Below the pieces are notes generated by a model. It worked only from the letters and a program-made list of their open reading frames with translations. It was not told the DNA's origin and did not search any database. This document shows positions 24,127 to 33,641 of a DNA stretch of 64,000 nt, piece by piece. This DNA comes from Pseudomonadota bacterium (lineage in GTDB: Bacteria > Pseudomonadota > Gammaproteobacteria > Burkholderiales > UBA11063). Each line of letters opens with the position of its first letter. The stretch's first letter is position 1. Location: the NCBI GenBank assembly GCA_003962985.1, contig RXKA01000058.1:11051-75050 (forward strand). The letters run 5' to 3'. The position numbers and the translations under genes were made by a program.

Positions 24127-25239
24127 TTAATCAACTAATTTAGTATGATCACCATTTTTCACAGTCAAAACATTACCACCCAAAATTAACGCTGATGGCG
24201 TAACTCCTGTTACTGCACATTTCCCTAACTCTTGATTGGTTAGAACTAAATTAATTTTTTCTTTCGTCACCACCTGATTTTTAATTGCTAGCACATAGTA
24301 ATCAGCTTGACTTTCACCGCGAATTGCACTACATGGAATCACGTATTGGCTTGCTAAAGTTTGTACCAAAATTTCACCTCTGACAAATTGCCCTGCTTTT
24401 AATTTTGAATTAGCATTCGCTACATCAATATACACCATATATGAACGCGTTCCTGGTTCAGAAACCTGATTCACACGGCGTACTTGACCGTGATATTCAT
24501 GAGTATCTTTTTCAACATAGAAAGTAACTTGTTGATTCACAGAGACTTGACTAATTTTATCACTTGGAATCGCGGTCTTAATCTCTAACTTATCTAAATT
24601 GGCAAGCGCAAATAACTTAGTATTTTTTAAAGCTAACTGCCCCGTATCAATACTACGTTGATAAATAACACCATCAAATGGCGCGACAATATGGGTATTT
24701 GATAATTGTTTTTGACTACGTTTTAGCATTGCCTCTTGCGCTTTATAATTTTCAAGTGATGATTGATAGTTATTTACCAATTCATCATATGCTATTTGTG
24801 ATACAAATCCTTCTTTCAATAGTTCAGATTGTTTTTCCATTTTTTGTTTATCAAGATCTAAGCGAGATTTAGCCGCGGCAACCTGTGATTGCTGTTGGCT
24901 AACTGCCTGAGCTAGATCTAAAGTATCTAATTCTGCTAGTGCTTGACCTGCTTTGACCAATTGACCTTCATCAACCCAAATTTTGGTAATCCGTGCATCT
25001 ACCTCGGCAGAAATAACCGTTTGCTCTTTCGCCGTCAAGTCACCAGTAAAATTCACGACATCATTAATAGATTCTTGCACCACTGGAGTTACATCAGATT
25101 TATTTAATAATACCTCAGAAGACTTTGGAGTCGATGTAGTTGTTGATTTATTGCTTGCTTTTACGGCAATAATACCAATGATCGATACAATAATAACTAA
25201 TCCTACTATTAATTTTCGCTTGAATTTTACTCTTATCAT
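24127..25239 (-). CDS. RND efflux periplasmic adaptor (membrane fusion protein)
   Basis: N-terminal TM, lipoyl halves (VDEGQLVKAGQALAELD; IVAPFDGVI), coiled-coil hairpin, LKAGQFVRGEI. Confidence 0.9.
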   Translation of the reverse strand: MIRVKFKRKLIVGLVIIVSIIGIIAVKASNKSTTTSTPKSSEVLLNKSDVTPVVQESINDVVNFTGDLTAKEQTVISAEVDARITKIWVDEGQLVKAGQALAELDTLDLAQAVSQQQSQVAAAKSRLDLDKQKMEKQSELLKEGFVSQIAYDELVNNYQSSLENYKAQEAMLKRSQKQLSNTHIVAPFDGVIYQRSIDTGQLALKNTKLFALANLDKLEIKTAIPSDKISQVSVNQQVTFYVEKDTHEYHGQVRRVNQVSEPGTRSYMVYIDVANANSKLKAGQFVRGEILVQTLASQYVIPCSAIRGESQADYYVLAIKNQVVTKEKINLVLTNQELGKCAVTGVTPSALILGGNVLTVKNGDHTKLVD

Positions 25240-25364
25240 ACTGCTATTTTACCACCTAGAAATTATATCTTGCCATCTACATAATCAATATACGACCGTA
25301 GCCTATGATTATACCAAATATGCTATAATTCCAACTAGATAAACGACAAGCAAAGGATGATATA

Positions 25365-25874
25365 ATGGCAAGAAAAGCGCCAACTAAGACCACCAAACCA
25401 ACTAAAATCGATCAGAAATTTGAAATTTTAAGCATACACCAGTTTAGTAATATTGCCATGACCTTTTGGGTGGGAGGAACACTAACTATTGGTAGTATAA
25501 TTGTACCACTACTTTTTAAAAATCTCGACGAAGTTAGTGCCGCAACTTTGGCAGGACAAATTTTTAATATAAATGCCTACGTTGGGATGTTTGCTTTATT
25601 TTTTGCCCTATTAGAAGTATGTATTGATTATAAATGGCAGATCTTCCATTTAAGACGCTTTTGGTACATAATCGTTATGGAGTTAATTTTGTTTATAAAT
25701 TATTTTGCTGTCTTTCCGATCATTGTTAAATTACGTGCTGGGTTGGTAGATATGACCACTCGCGTATTTCGACATAGCCAAGAATTTAGTTTGTGGCATT
25801 CAGTATCATCAATTTTATTTTTAATTAGTTGCTTGTTAGGGGTGTTGTATTTACTAGAACGTAAACGTAAATAA
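25365..25874 (+). CDS. DUF4149-like membrane protein
   Basis: FWVGG..IVPLLFKNL..AATLAGQIF and F..WHSVSSILFL; four TM segments. Confidence 0.8.
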   Translation: MARKAPTKTTKPTKIDQKFEILSIHQFSNIAMTFWVGGTLTIGSIIVPLLFKNLDEVSAATLAGQIFNINAYVGMFALFFALLEVCIDYKWQIFHLRRFWYIIVMELILFINYFAVFPIIVKLRAGLVDMTTRVFRHSQEFSLWHSVSSILFLISCLLGVLYLLERKRK

Positions 25875-26140
25875 CTGAGGCATATTAGAACTGCGTATTT
25901 ACCCATCATAGTTTTAATAAAAGTCAGTTAAAATAACTCCAAATAAATAGAAACCATAAAATGTTAGACCAACCGAATAATATCACCGAGAACAATTTTA
26001 GCTAATCAGGGAAGATTTAGAATCAGCAAGAAAAAGAAATTAACTATATTAATTTGTTGTACTACCAAAGAGTTGGATAGTTGAGCGCTCCTTTGGTTGA
26101 GTATAGAAGTGTTGGCGGTTATGGAATAATTGCGCGAGAT

Positions 26141-26182
26141 TAATAAATACCAGTATGCATATAGAGATACTGGCATTTATTA
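26141..26182 (-). terminator. Hairpin downstream of the peroxiredoxin
   Basis: taataaataccagtat-N10-atactggcatttatta, 16 bp with one mismatch. Confidence 0.6.
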
Positions 26183-26219
26183 GTTTGATGTTAAAAAGAT
26201 TTTGAACAGACTTTTAGAA

Positions 26220-26927
26220 CTATGATTTTAACTTTTCAGTTATTTCTTCAATTGATATTTTTTTTGTGCAAAAAAACCAATCATGACAAGTAATCCCTTC
26301 TTCTGCTCCATCCATTCTTTCTTTAGCTATCCCACATGAACCTGCTGGTGGTACTATTACATCATCACCTGGTTGCCAATCTGCTGGAGTAGCTACAGAA
26401 AAATTATCAGCAGTTTGTAAGGCTATCAATACCCTTATTAATTCCGCAAAATTTCTTCCTGTGCTGAGTGGGTAATAAATTATAGTTCTGATAACTCCTT
26501 TAGGATCTATGATGAATACTGCACGTACTGCTTTGGTTGAACTTTCACCTGGTTGAATCATTCCATATTTTTGAGCAACTTCCATTGTTATATCTTCAAT
26601 TAATGGAAATTTAACTTCGATATTTTTCATACCATTATATTCTATTTTTTCTTTAATAGTACGTAACCATGCGATATGACTGTATAGACCATCTACAGAT
26701 AATCCTATTAGTTTACAATTTAGACGAGTAAATTCATCTTCTAATTTTGCAAATGTCATGAATTCAGATGTACATACTGGAGTGAAATCTGCTGGATGAC
26801 TGAATAATATAACCCAATTTCCAATATATTGTTCTGGGAAATTTATTTCACCTTGGGTTGAAACAGCTTTGAATTCTGGTGCTTTTTCTCCGATTCTTGG
26901 CATATTATAATTTGATAATTGTTCCAT
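26220..26927 (-). CDS. Peroxiredoxin, Prx6 subfamily
   Basis: FSHPADFTPVCTSE peroxidatic motif, VRAVFIIDP, TPADWQPGDDVIVP; extra C-terminal cysteines. Confidence 0.93.
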   Translation of the reverse strand: MEQLSNYNMPRIGEKAPEFKAVSTQGEINFPEQYIGNWVILFSHPADFTPVCTSEFMTFAKLEDEFTRLNCKLIGLSVDGLYSHIAWLRTIKEKIEYNGMKNIEVKFPLIEDITMEVAQKYGMIQPGESSTKAVRAVFIIDPKGVIRTIIYYPLSTGRNFAELIRVLIALQTADNFSVATPADWQPGDDVIVPPAGSCGIAKERMDGAEEGITCHDWFFCTKKISIEEITEKLKS

Positions 26928-27427
26928 GATAAATTCCTTTTTTATGTATTATAGAATAATTATGTTTATTCCTAGATGGATAGTATAGCATTTATTTTAG
27001 TTTTATCTAATATTTGATTGATTAATTTTTGCTATAAAATTCATTAAAAATTTTTATTACTTTAAACTTGAATCCTCACTTTTTTATTGTTGCTGAAAGT
27101 GAGTAATATAATTAGCTCAATATGAAGTAAGCAATGAGAGTTTTATAATAGACTGTAATTATTCAATTGTTATTAACTGAAAGAGCTCAATTGGCAATAA
27201 GTTAACTATATAGTTAACACAATGTGAAATTTCCTATTTAAATTTAGTAATAGATAGATATTATATTTATGTTATTTAATACTTAATTTACCTACATGTT
27301 AGCTACATGATCAAATTGAGAAGCACATATGATATTGAGTGGGATATAACTGAATTAGTTACAAACAGTAAATTTTATATATTAGTAATAACAAAATCTG
27401 GAGAATAAATAGAACTAGGGAAACAAA

Positions 27428-27503
27428 TGGTGGCCTGGGGCAGAATCGAACTGCCGACACAAGGATTTTCAATCCTCTGCTCTACCGACTGAGCTACCTG
27501 GCC
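27428..27503 (-). tRNA. tRNA-Phe (GAA)
   Basis: GGCCAGGTAGCTCAG...TTGAAAA...TTCGATT...CCACCA, 76 nt with encoded CCA; A5:A68 mismatch in the acceptor stem. Confidence 0.95.
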
Positions 27504-27515
27504 ACAGGTAGGAAA

Positions 27516-27591
27516 TGGTGCCGGAAAAAGGAATCGAACCCTCGACCTTCTGATTACAAGTCAGCTGCTCTACCTGCTGAGCTATTCCGGC
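27516..27591 (-). tRNA. tRNA-Thr (TGT)
   Basis: GCCGGAATAGCTCAG...CTTGTAA...TTCGATT...TTCCGGCACCA, 76 nt. Confidence 0.96.
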
Positions 27592-27611
27592 ACTATTGAT
27601 ATCAACATTTT

Positions 27612-27688
<77 letters not shown>

Positions 27689-27773
27689 CTAACGTTGAGG
27701 TAGTTATTCTACCCCAACCCAATTACAAAAGTCAATCTTTTTTACAAAAAATCATAACTTTTTTTGCTACAAA

Positions 27774-29141
27774 TTATTGCAAACGCGATAACACATTGTC
27801 TTTACCTAGAATATTCAAGACTGCATCAAATGAAGGAGTTTGCGTAGTTCCGCATAATTTCAAGCGTAACGGCATACCTAACTGAGGCATTTTAATTCCT
27901 TCGGTTGCACAAAACTCTTTAATTAACGCTTTAATATTATCCAGCGACCATTCTGACAGTGCATCTAGCGCTGTAGCAAATTTACCTAACACTCCCAATG
28001 CATCAGCTGTGAGGTGTTTAGTGGCATCTTCATCGCTTACCACTTGTGGTTGATAGAAATATGCAACTTCGTTGGTGATTGTATTCAAATTATCACCACG
28101 GGTCTTAACTAAATCAAGAATCGCATTAATATCTAATTGTGCCACATTAATCCCACGCCTAGCTAGTTCTGGGGCAATCAGCGCTAATAATTTATCATTC
28201 GCCAATGCTTTGATGTGTTGTGCATTCACCCAGAATAATTTTTTCATATCAAAACGTGCTGGTGATGGCGAAATATTATTAAGTTTAAACCACTCAACAA
28301 ATTGCTCAATTGTAAATACTTCATCATCGCCATGTCCCCAACACAAACGTGATAAATAATTCAAAAGAGCTTCTGGCAGTATGCCCATATCCTTATATTG
28401 CATAACGCTTACCGGATCACGACGTTTTGACATTTTTTGCCCATCATCACGCAAAATCATCGGTAGATGTGCATACAATGGCACAGGCGCACCTAGCGCT
28501 TTAAGAATATTAATTTGTCGCGGTGTATTATTGACATGATCATCGCCACGTGTCACATGGGTAATACCCATATCCCAATCATCAACCACCACACAGAAAT
28601 TATAAGTCGGAGTACCATCTGAACGCGCAATAATTAAATCATCTAATTCACTATTAGCGATCTCAATACGCCCTTTTACCAAATCATCCCAAACTACGCT
28701 ACCATCAGTTGGATTTTTAAAGCGCACTACAGGCTTTACACCCTCACGTGGCTGTGAATTATGCAAGCAACGACGATCATAACGTGGCTTATCTCCACGT
28801 GCTTTTTGTTCTTCGCGCATAATGTCTAATTCTTCTTTTGAACAATAGCAATAATATGCAGTACCTGCGTCTAACATTTGTTGAATTACTTGTTTATAGC
28901 GCTCCATTCGCTGCATTTGGAAGAATGGACCTTCATCGTAACCTAGACCAAGCCATTCCATAGCATGAATAATACTATCAACAGACTCTTGCGTTGAACG
29001 TTCAACATCAGTATCTTCAACCCGTAACACAAATTTACCATTATTATGTCGTGCATATGCCCATGAGAATAATGCAGTACGTGCACCACCGATATGTAAA
29101 AACCCTGTTGGGCTTGGTGCAAACCTAGTTCTAATTGTCAT
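27774..29141 (-). CDS. gltX: Glutamate--tRNA ligase
   Basis: RTRFAPSPTGFLHIGG, RGDDHVNNT and KMSKR. Confidence 0.98.
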   Translation of the reverse strand: MTIRTRFAPSPTGFLHIGGARTALFSWAYARHNNGKFVLRVEDTDVERSTQESVDSIIHAMEWLGLGYDEGPFFQMQRMERYKQVIQQMLDAGTAYYCYCSKEELDIMREEQKARGDKPRYDRRCLHNSQPREGVKPVVRFKNPTDGSVVWDDLVKGRIEIANSELDDLIIARSDGTPTYNFCVVVDDWDMGITHVTRGDDHVNNTPRQINILKALGAPVPLYAHLPMILRDDGQKMSKRRDPVSVMQYKDMGILPEALLNYLSRLCWGHGDDEVFTIEQFVEWFKLNNISPSPARFDMKKLFWVNAQHIKALANDKLLALIAPELARRGINVAQLDINAILDLVKTRGDNLNTITNEVAYFYQPQVVSDEDATKHLTADALGVLGKFATALDALSEWSLDNIKALIKEFCATEGIKMPQLGMPLRLKLCGTTQTPSFDAVLNILGKDNVLSRLQ

Positions 29142-29326
29142 AATATTTATTCCAGTAATTAATATATTTTAGCTCATTATTATACTATTGATAAATTAAC
29201 TCCTAAAGACTATCGTATGTAGTAAACAAATTTAATTGCTCTAATTAAGCATTATTCTAAAAATTCTGGCTTAGTCAATAGTTTATAGAGTCAATCATTA
29301 ACGACTAGCTTATAATTTATTAACAA

Positions 29327-29352
29327 AAAACCCATGTTAATACATGGGTTTT
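29327..29352 (-). terminator. Intrinsic terminator after ligase paralog 2
   Basis: aaaacccatgt-taat-acatgggtttt, perfect 11-bp inverted repeat. Confidence 0.82.
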
Positions 29353-29379
29353 ACAAAATAATTAATTACAACAATGTAG

Positions 29380-30939
29380 TTAAGCTTTATTAATCAACTC
29401 ACGCAGCTCTCGTTTTAAAATTTTACCTGTAGCATTACGTGGTAAATGATCAATAAAAATCACTTTCCGCGGTTGTTTAAACGGTGCTAAATTAGCACGT
29501 AGAAAGTCTTTAATTTCTGCTTCTGTTGCGGTCACATCTTCTTTAAGTTCGATGTATGCAACAGGTGTTTCGTTTGCTTCCACGTCTTTTAACCCAACTA
29601 CAGCACAAGCATTGACCTTTTCATTGGTATAAATTAATTCTTCAATTTCTCGTGGATAAATATTCATACCTTTACTAATAATCAAATCTTTTTTGCGATC
29701 TAAGATAAAAATATAGCCATCCTTGTCTACTTTACCAATATCGCCAGTTTTAAACCATCCATTAACAATAGCTTCTTTCGTATCTTCAGGGCGGTTATAA
29801 TACCCCATCATCACACAACCACCTTTAACACAAATCTCACCAATCTCACCACGAGCAACTTGATTCATATCTTCATCAAAACACTCAACTTCATAAGTTG
29901 GTAATGCTTGACCAACTGAACCGATACGATTAGCCCATGGTACATTTACCGATACAACTGGTGAGCATTCACTGATACCATATCCTTGAAGTAAGGTACC
30001 ACGTTTAAAACTTGCTGAAAATTTACGAATAGTCTCTTCTGCCAATGGTGCCGCACCAGATATAAAGCCTTTAACCGAGTGAAACCAATGGAAAAACCAT
30101 GGAAGTTTAGCCTTAGCTAGTGCACTATAAACATCAGGAACTCCCACAAAATATGGAATCCGTTTAACTAACACTTGTTTAATTAATTTAGCAAAATCAC
30201 CTTTGGTTGCAATTGAACGAATAATTGTTAATCCACTATTACTCATAATTGGCAGCGTAATCGTGACAGTAAACGTAAATGCATGGAACATTGGTAGATA
30301 ACACACCATCGGAATCTTACCATGCTTAACGCGTAAATGAGCTACACAACTATTCACATTTGATAAAATATTACTAAATGAAAGCATTGCCCCTTTAGGC
30401 TTACCTGTTGTGCCAGAGGTATAGACAATCACTGCCAATTCACTAGGTGGCAAATCTGCAAATGGTGCTTGATTTGCTGGATGATTAATCAATTTATTAT
30501 ATGATATATGATTCTCATTTTCTAACGGACTACCATCTACCCAAACTATTTTCATGAGTTCTGTTTTAATGAGTTGATCGCGGACTTCTTTTTCAAATTT
30601 AGCACTGGCAAATAGCATCTTACTTTGTGAGTCATTCAGTATATATGCGATCTCATCTTCTTTAAGGAAGTTATTAATCAAAACAATTACTGCACCGACT
30701 TTATTAATAGCAAAGATATTCACCACATATTGCCAAGAATTACTCATCAGAATCGCAACCTTATCACCGACCCCAATACCTTGTGAATGTAAGTAACTCG
30801 CAACAGTATCAACTTGAGCTAGGAAACTACTATTTGAGATTTTTAGATCTTCTTCATAGATAATCGTCTTGCTTGGTGATTGTATAGCATTTAATGATGC
30901 TATGCTATAGAAATTACGGAATGAATAATTAGCTGTCAT
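29380..30939 (-). CDS. Long-chain fatty acid--CoA ligase (paralog 2)
   Basis: YTSGTTGKPKG, QGYGISE, GWFKTGDIG and LPRNATGKILK; same length (519 aa) as 20998..22557. Confidence 0.93.
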   Translation of the reverse strand: MTANYSFRNFYSIASLNAIQSPSKTIIYEEDLKISNSSFLAQVDTVASYLHSQGIGVGDKVAILMSNSWQYVVNIFAINKVGAVIVLINNFLKEDEIAYILNDSQSKMLFASAKFEKEVRDQLIKTELMKIVWVDGSPLENENHISYNKLINHPANQAPFADLPPSELAVIVYTSGTTGKPKGAMLSFSNILSNVNSCVAHLRVKHGKIPMVCYLPMFHAFTFTVTITLPIMSNSGLTIIRSIATKGDFAKLIKQVLVKRIPYFVGVPDVYSALAKAKLPWFFHWFHSVKGFISGAAPLAEETIRKFSASFKRGTLLQGYGISECSPVVSVNVPWANRIGSVGQALPTYEVECFDEDMNQVARGEIGEICVKGGCVMMGYYNRPEDTKEAIVNGWFKTGDIGKVDKDGYIFILDRKKDLIISKGMNIYPREIEELIYTNEKVNACAVVGLKDVEANETPVAYIELKEDVTATEAEIKDFLRANLAPFKQPRKVIFIDHLPRNATGKILKRELRELINKA

Positions 30940-31219
30940 AATAATCCCACAAGAATAAATTTAGTCGTTAAAATATTATCCTGAATTTTATCATGAACAA
31001 TGACCATAATCACGTTTATATATGGTACAGTGCAATATCATTGGATTTTCTATGCTTTATTGTTACAACAGGTTGTTGGAATTTTGGAACTATGAATAAG
31101 AAAAGACTAATTAATGTACATAAAAACCAGCGCACTAACAATACAATAGCCAAGACGAAAAATTGGCTAACTATTTTAGATATATAGATTTTATCACACC
31201 TACACATAAATAATAATTT

Positions 31220-31984
31220 CTATATCACCCAATTCATAACACTATCAAACACCATATAACATCCTAATATGAGCGCAACTGCTGCAAATATACGCTGTGA
31301 AATACGATTGCTAATTTTTTGTGAAATAAAGCTTCCGCTAACCATCCCAAGAACACTACCTATCATGAAAATAGATACCAAATTAAAATCCATTTCAATA
31401 GTGTTAATTTTATTTAATATCGAAGAAAAAGAAATGAGTGTAATAATTAATAATGATGTTGCAGCAGCGGTCTTGTTTTCCATACCATTGAGAATAACCA
31501 ACGCTGGAACAATCATGAATCCACCACCAACACCAAAAAATCCTGTTAGAATACCAGTTAATGCCGCGATCGGTAAAATTTGCCAAAAACTTCGTATAGT
31601 AGATAACTTTTGTAAATTATTGTTTACGACCTTATCTTTAAGTAAACTCTTTCTAAACATTAAATAAGCAACAACTAGCATTAATATCGCAAAGCCCAGA
31701 ATTAATAATCGCTCACTGATTTGATGGGAAAAATATACACCAACTGGTGTCATCAAGCCACCTACAGCCGCAAAAATAAATCCTTTTCCCCACTCAACAT
31801 TCTTACGTTTGAGAAATGCTCCCAAAAGAGCACTTACACCAACTACAAATAATGATATAGTTGTAGCAACCTGCATAGGTATATGTAATCCATAGACCAA
31901 TGCAGGTACAGAAACAATTGCGCCACCGCCACCAGTGATTCCCAGTAATAAACCAGAAAACATACCTAATATTATAATTAACAT
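31220..31984 (-). CDS. TauE/SafE-family sulfite exporter
   Basis: GLLLGITGGGGAIVSVP and GFFGVGGGFMIVPAL repeated halves. Confidence 0.92.
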   Translation of the reverse strand: MLIIILGMFSGLLLGITGGGGAIVSVPALVYGLHIPMQVATTISLFVVGVSALLGAFLKRKNVEWGKGFIFAAVGGLMTPVGVYFSHQISERLLILGFAILMLVVAYLMFRKSLLKDKVVNNNLQKLSTIRSFWQILPIAALTGILTGFFGVGGGFMIVPALVILNGMENKTAAATSLLIITLISFSSILNKINTIEMDFNLVSIFMIGSVLGMVSGSFISQKISNRISQRIFAAVALILGCYMVFDSVMNWVI

Positions 31985-32016
31985 GAAAAACCTTAATTAA
32001 ACCATATCAATTATAA

Positions 32017-32700
32017 CTAGATTAGACCGCACGCCAAATTAGCGGGTACAGCAATATCCATCATTTTCGGATTGGGTAACTTCAGATTATCCATGATATG
32101 TTTAAATTCTTCTACTGTTTTACCCGCTAAGCGCGGATTAAAATTTTTTTCTTCCCAAATAGTTGAAGTAGTATTACCATTATAATCATGACCAGGATAC
32201 ACGATAGTCTCATCAGGTAGCGTAAATAATTTATTGACAATACTATGATACTGATCAACAGGGTTACCTGCTTGAAAATCCGTACGACCTGTACCACGGA
32301 TGAACAATGTATCTCCAGTAAACACCATACCAGCAGTATATAGACAAAATGAATCTTGTGTATGCCCAGGAGTTTCTAATACGGTAAAGGCGAGATTACC
32401 AACTTGGATAATGTCGCCATCACTAACGGTTTTGCTCACACAAGCCGCATTAGTAGCGTCACCAAGCAAGGTAATACAATTGGTTAATTCACGTAATTTA
32501 CCTGCAGCGGTAATATGGTCAGCATGAACGTGAGTATCAAAGACATACTTTAAAGTTAAATTTAATTCTTTCAGCAATTTCATATACTGCTCTATTTTGC
32601 TATCAACAGGATCGATGATAATTGCATCACTATTGATACCATCAGCCACAATATAAGTAAACGTAAAAGTTTGCGCATCAAATAATTGGCGAACTAACAT
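32017..32700 (-). CDS. Persulfide dioxygenase (ETHE1-like MBL-fold)
   Basis: TFTY, IIDPV, THVHADHIT, TPGHT, RGTGRTDFQ, YPGHDY, EK.FNPRL and AVPANLACG. Confidence 0.9.
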   Translation of the reverse strand: MLVRQLFDAQTFTFTYIVADGINSDAIIIDPVDSKIEQYMKLLKELNLTLKYVFDTHVHADHITAAGKLRELTNCITLLGDATNAACVSKTVSDGDIIQVGNLAFTVLETPGHTQDSFCLYTAGMVFTGDTLFIRGTGRTDFQAGNPVDQYHSIVNKLFTLPDETIVYPGHDYNGNTTSTIWEEKNFNPRLAGKTVEEFKHIMDNLKLPNPKMMDIAVPANLACGLI

Positions 32701-32836
32701 GGTATTATCCTTAAAAATAAACTTGGTTGCTCATTATTTTAGTTTATTCTAATATAAATGTCAAGAATTATTTTAGATTTTACTAAAATAATGATTAACC
32801 GTTTTATTTCTAACTACCCATGAAGTAATATCAATA

Positions 32837-32867
32837 AAAAATGGCGCGAATAATTTCGCACCATTTT
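32837..32867 (-). terminator. Terminator after the J-SPOR gene
   Basis: aaaatggcgcgaa / ttcgcaccatttt hairpin with one mismatch. Confidence 0.7.
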
Positions 32868-32896
32868 AAGTATTAGTATTAAAATTAGTTAATAAC

Positions 32897-33637
32897 TTAC
32901 TGACCATCAACCATCTGCACTGTTGCATCAATATTTTGAGACTCTAATTGATTTTGCATCGCATATGCCTTAGATTGATTAGTATATGGACCCACAAATA
33001 CATTGTAGCTAGTTAATCCTTCACTATTGGCATTAATTTTTTGAATCGAGGCATGAACACCTTGGTTAAGTAATGACTGCTGTTTTGCCTCAGCACTATC
33101 AGCTGTAGTATAACTTCCCACATTCACTAAATAATAAATACCACTTAAATTAGATAAAGTATTTCCCGAACTAACCCCACTAGCAGTACTTTTATTTCGC
33201 TTACGTTTTGCTTTTGCTGGAGTTGGCGGTTGAGTTGTTACCACTTTAGATTCTACTGGTAGAGCCTTGTTATTGGCATTAATAATCGCTTGGGCAAGTT
33301 TGTTACTTTGCCGTTGCTGCCAGAACATATAACCTGCAAAGCTAATCCCAATAATCGCAAAAATAATCACTGCCCACAGCCACAAATTATGACTATCGCT
33401 AAGTGGAGTCACTTCAATCGGTGGTTGATATTCTAAATGAGCAAATAAATCGCGGTCATATGGACGTTTAGTTAACGGATTACTTAAAATATCATATGCT
33501 TCTTGAATTATTCTAAATTCAGCTGGATCACCACCTTTGTCAGGATGAAACCGCTGTGCCAAAATTCGATATGCTGCTTTAATCTCTTCATTTTCAGCAT
33601 CAAAATCAAGCCCTAGAATTCGATAATAATTCTTCAT
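32897..33637 (-). CDS. J-domain / TM / SPOR-domain fusion protein
   Basis: N-terminal NYYRILG..IKAAYRILAQRFHPDK (HPD motif), one TM (LWLWAVIIFAIIGISFAGYMFW), C-terminal VNVGSY..A....L...G....YNVFVGPY SPOR pattern. Confidence 0.85.
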   Translation of the reverse strand: MKNYYRILGLDFDAENEEIKAAYRILAQRFHPDKGGDPAEFRIIQEAYDILSNPLTKRPYDRDLFAHLEYQPPIEVTPLSDSHNLWLWAVIIFAIIGISFAGYMFWQQRQSNKLAQAIINANNKALPVESKVVTTQPPTPAKAKRKRNKSTASGVSSGNTLSNLSGIYYLVNVGSYTTADSAEAKQQSLLNQGVHASIQKINANSEGLTSYNVFVGPYTNQSKAYAMQNQLESQNIDATVQMVDGQ

Positions 33638-33641
33638 ACCT

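Noticed and set aside
27516-27591. tRNA-Thr with two G-U pairs in the T stem and G27:A43
   Set aside because: This is within normal tRNA variation; the acceptor stem and loops are canonical.
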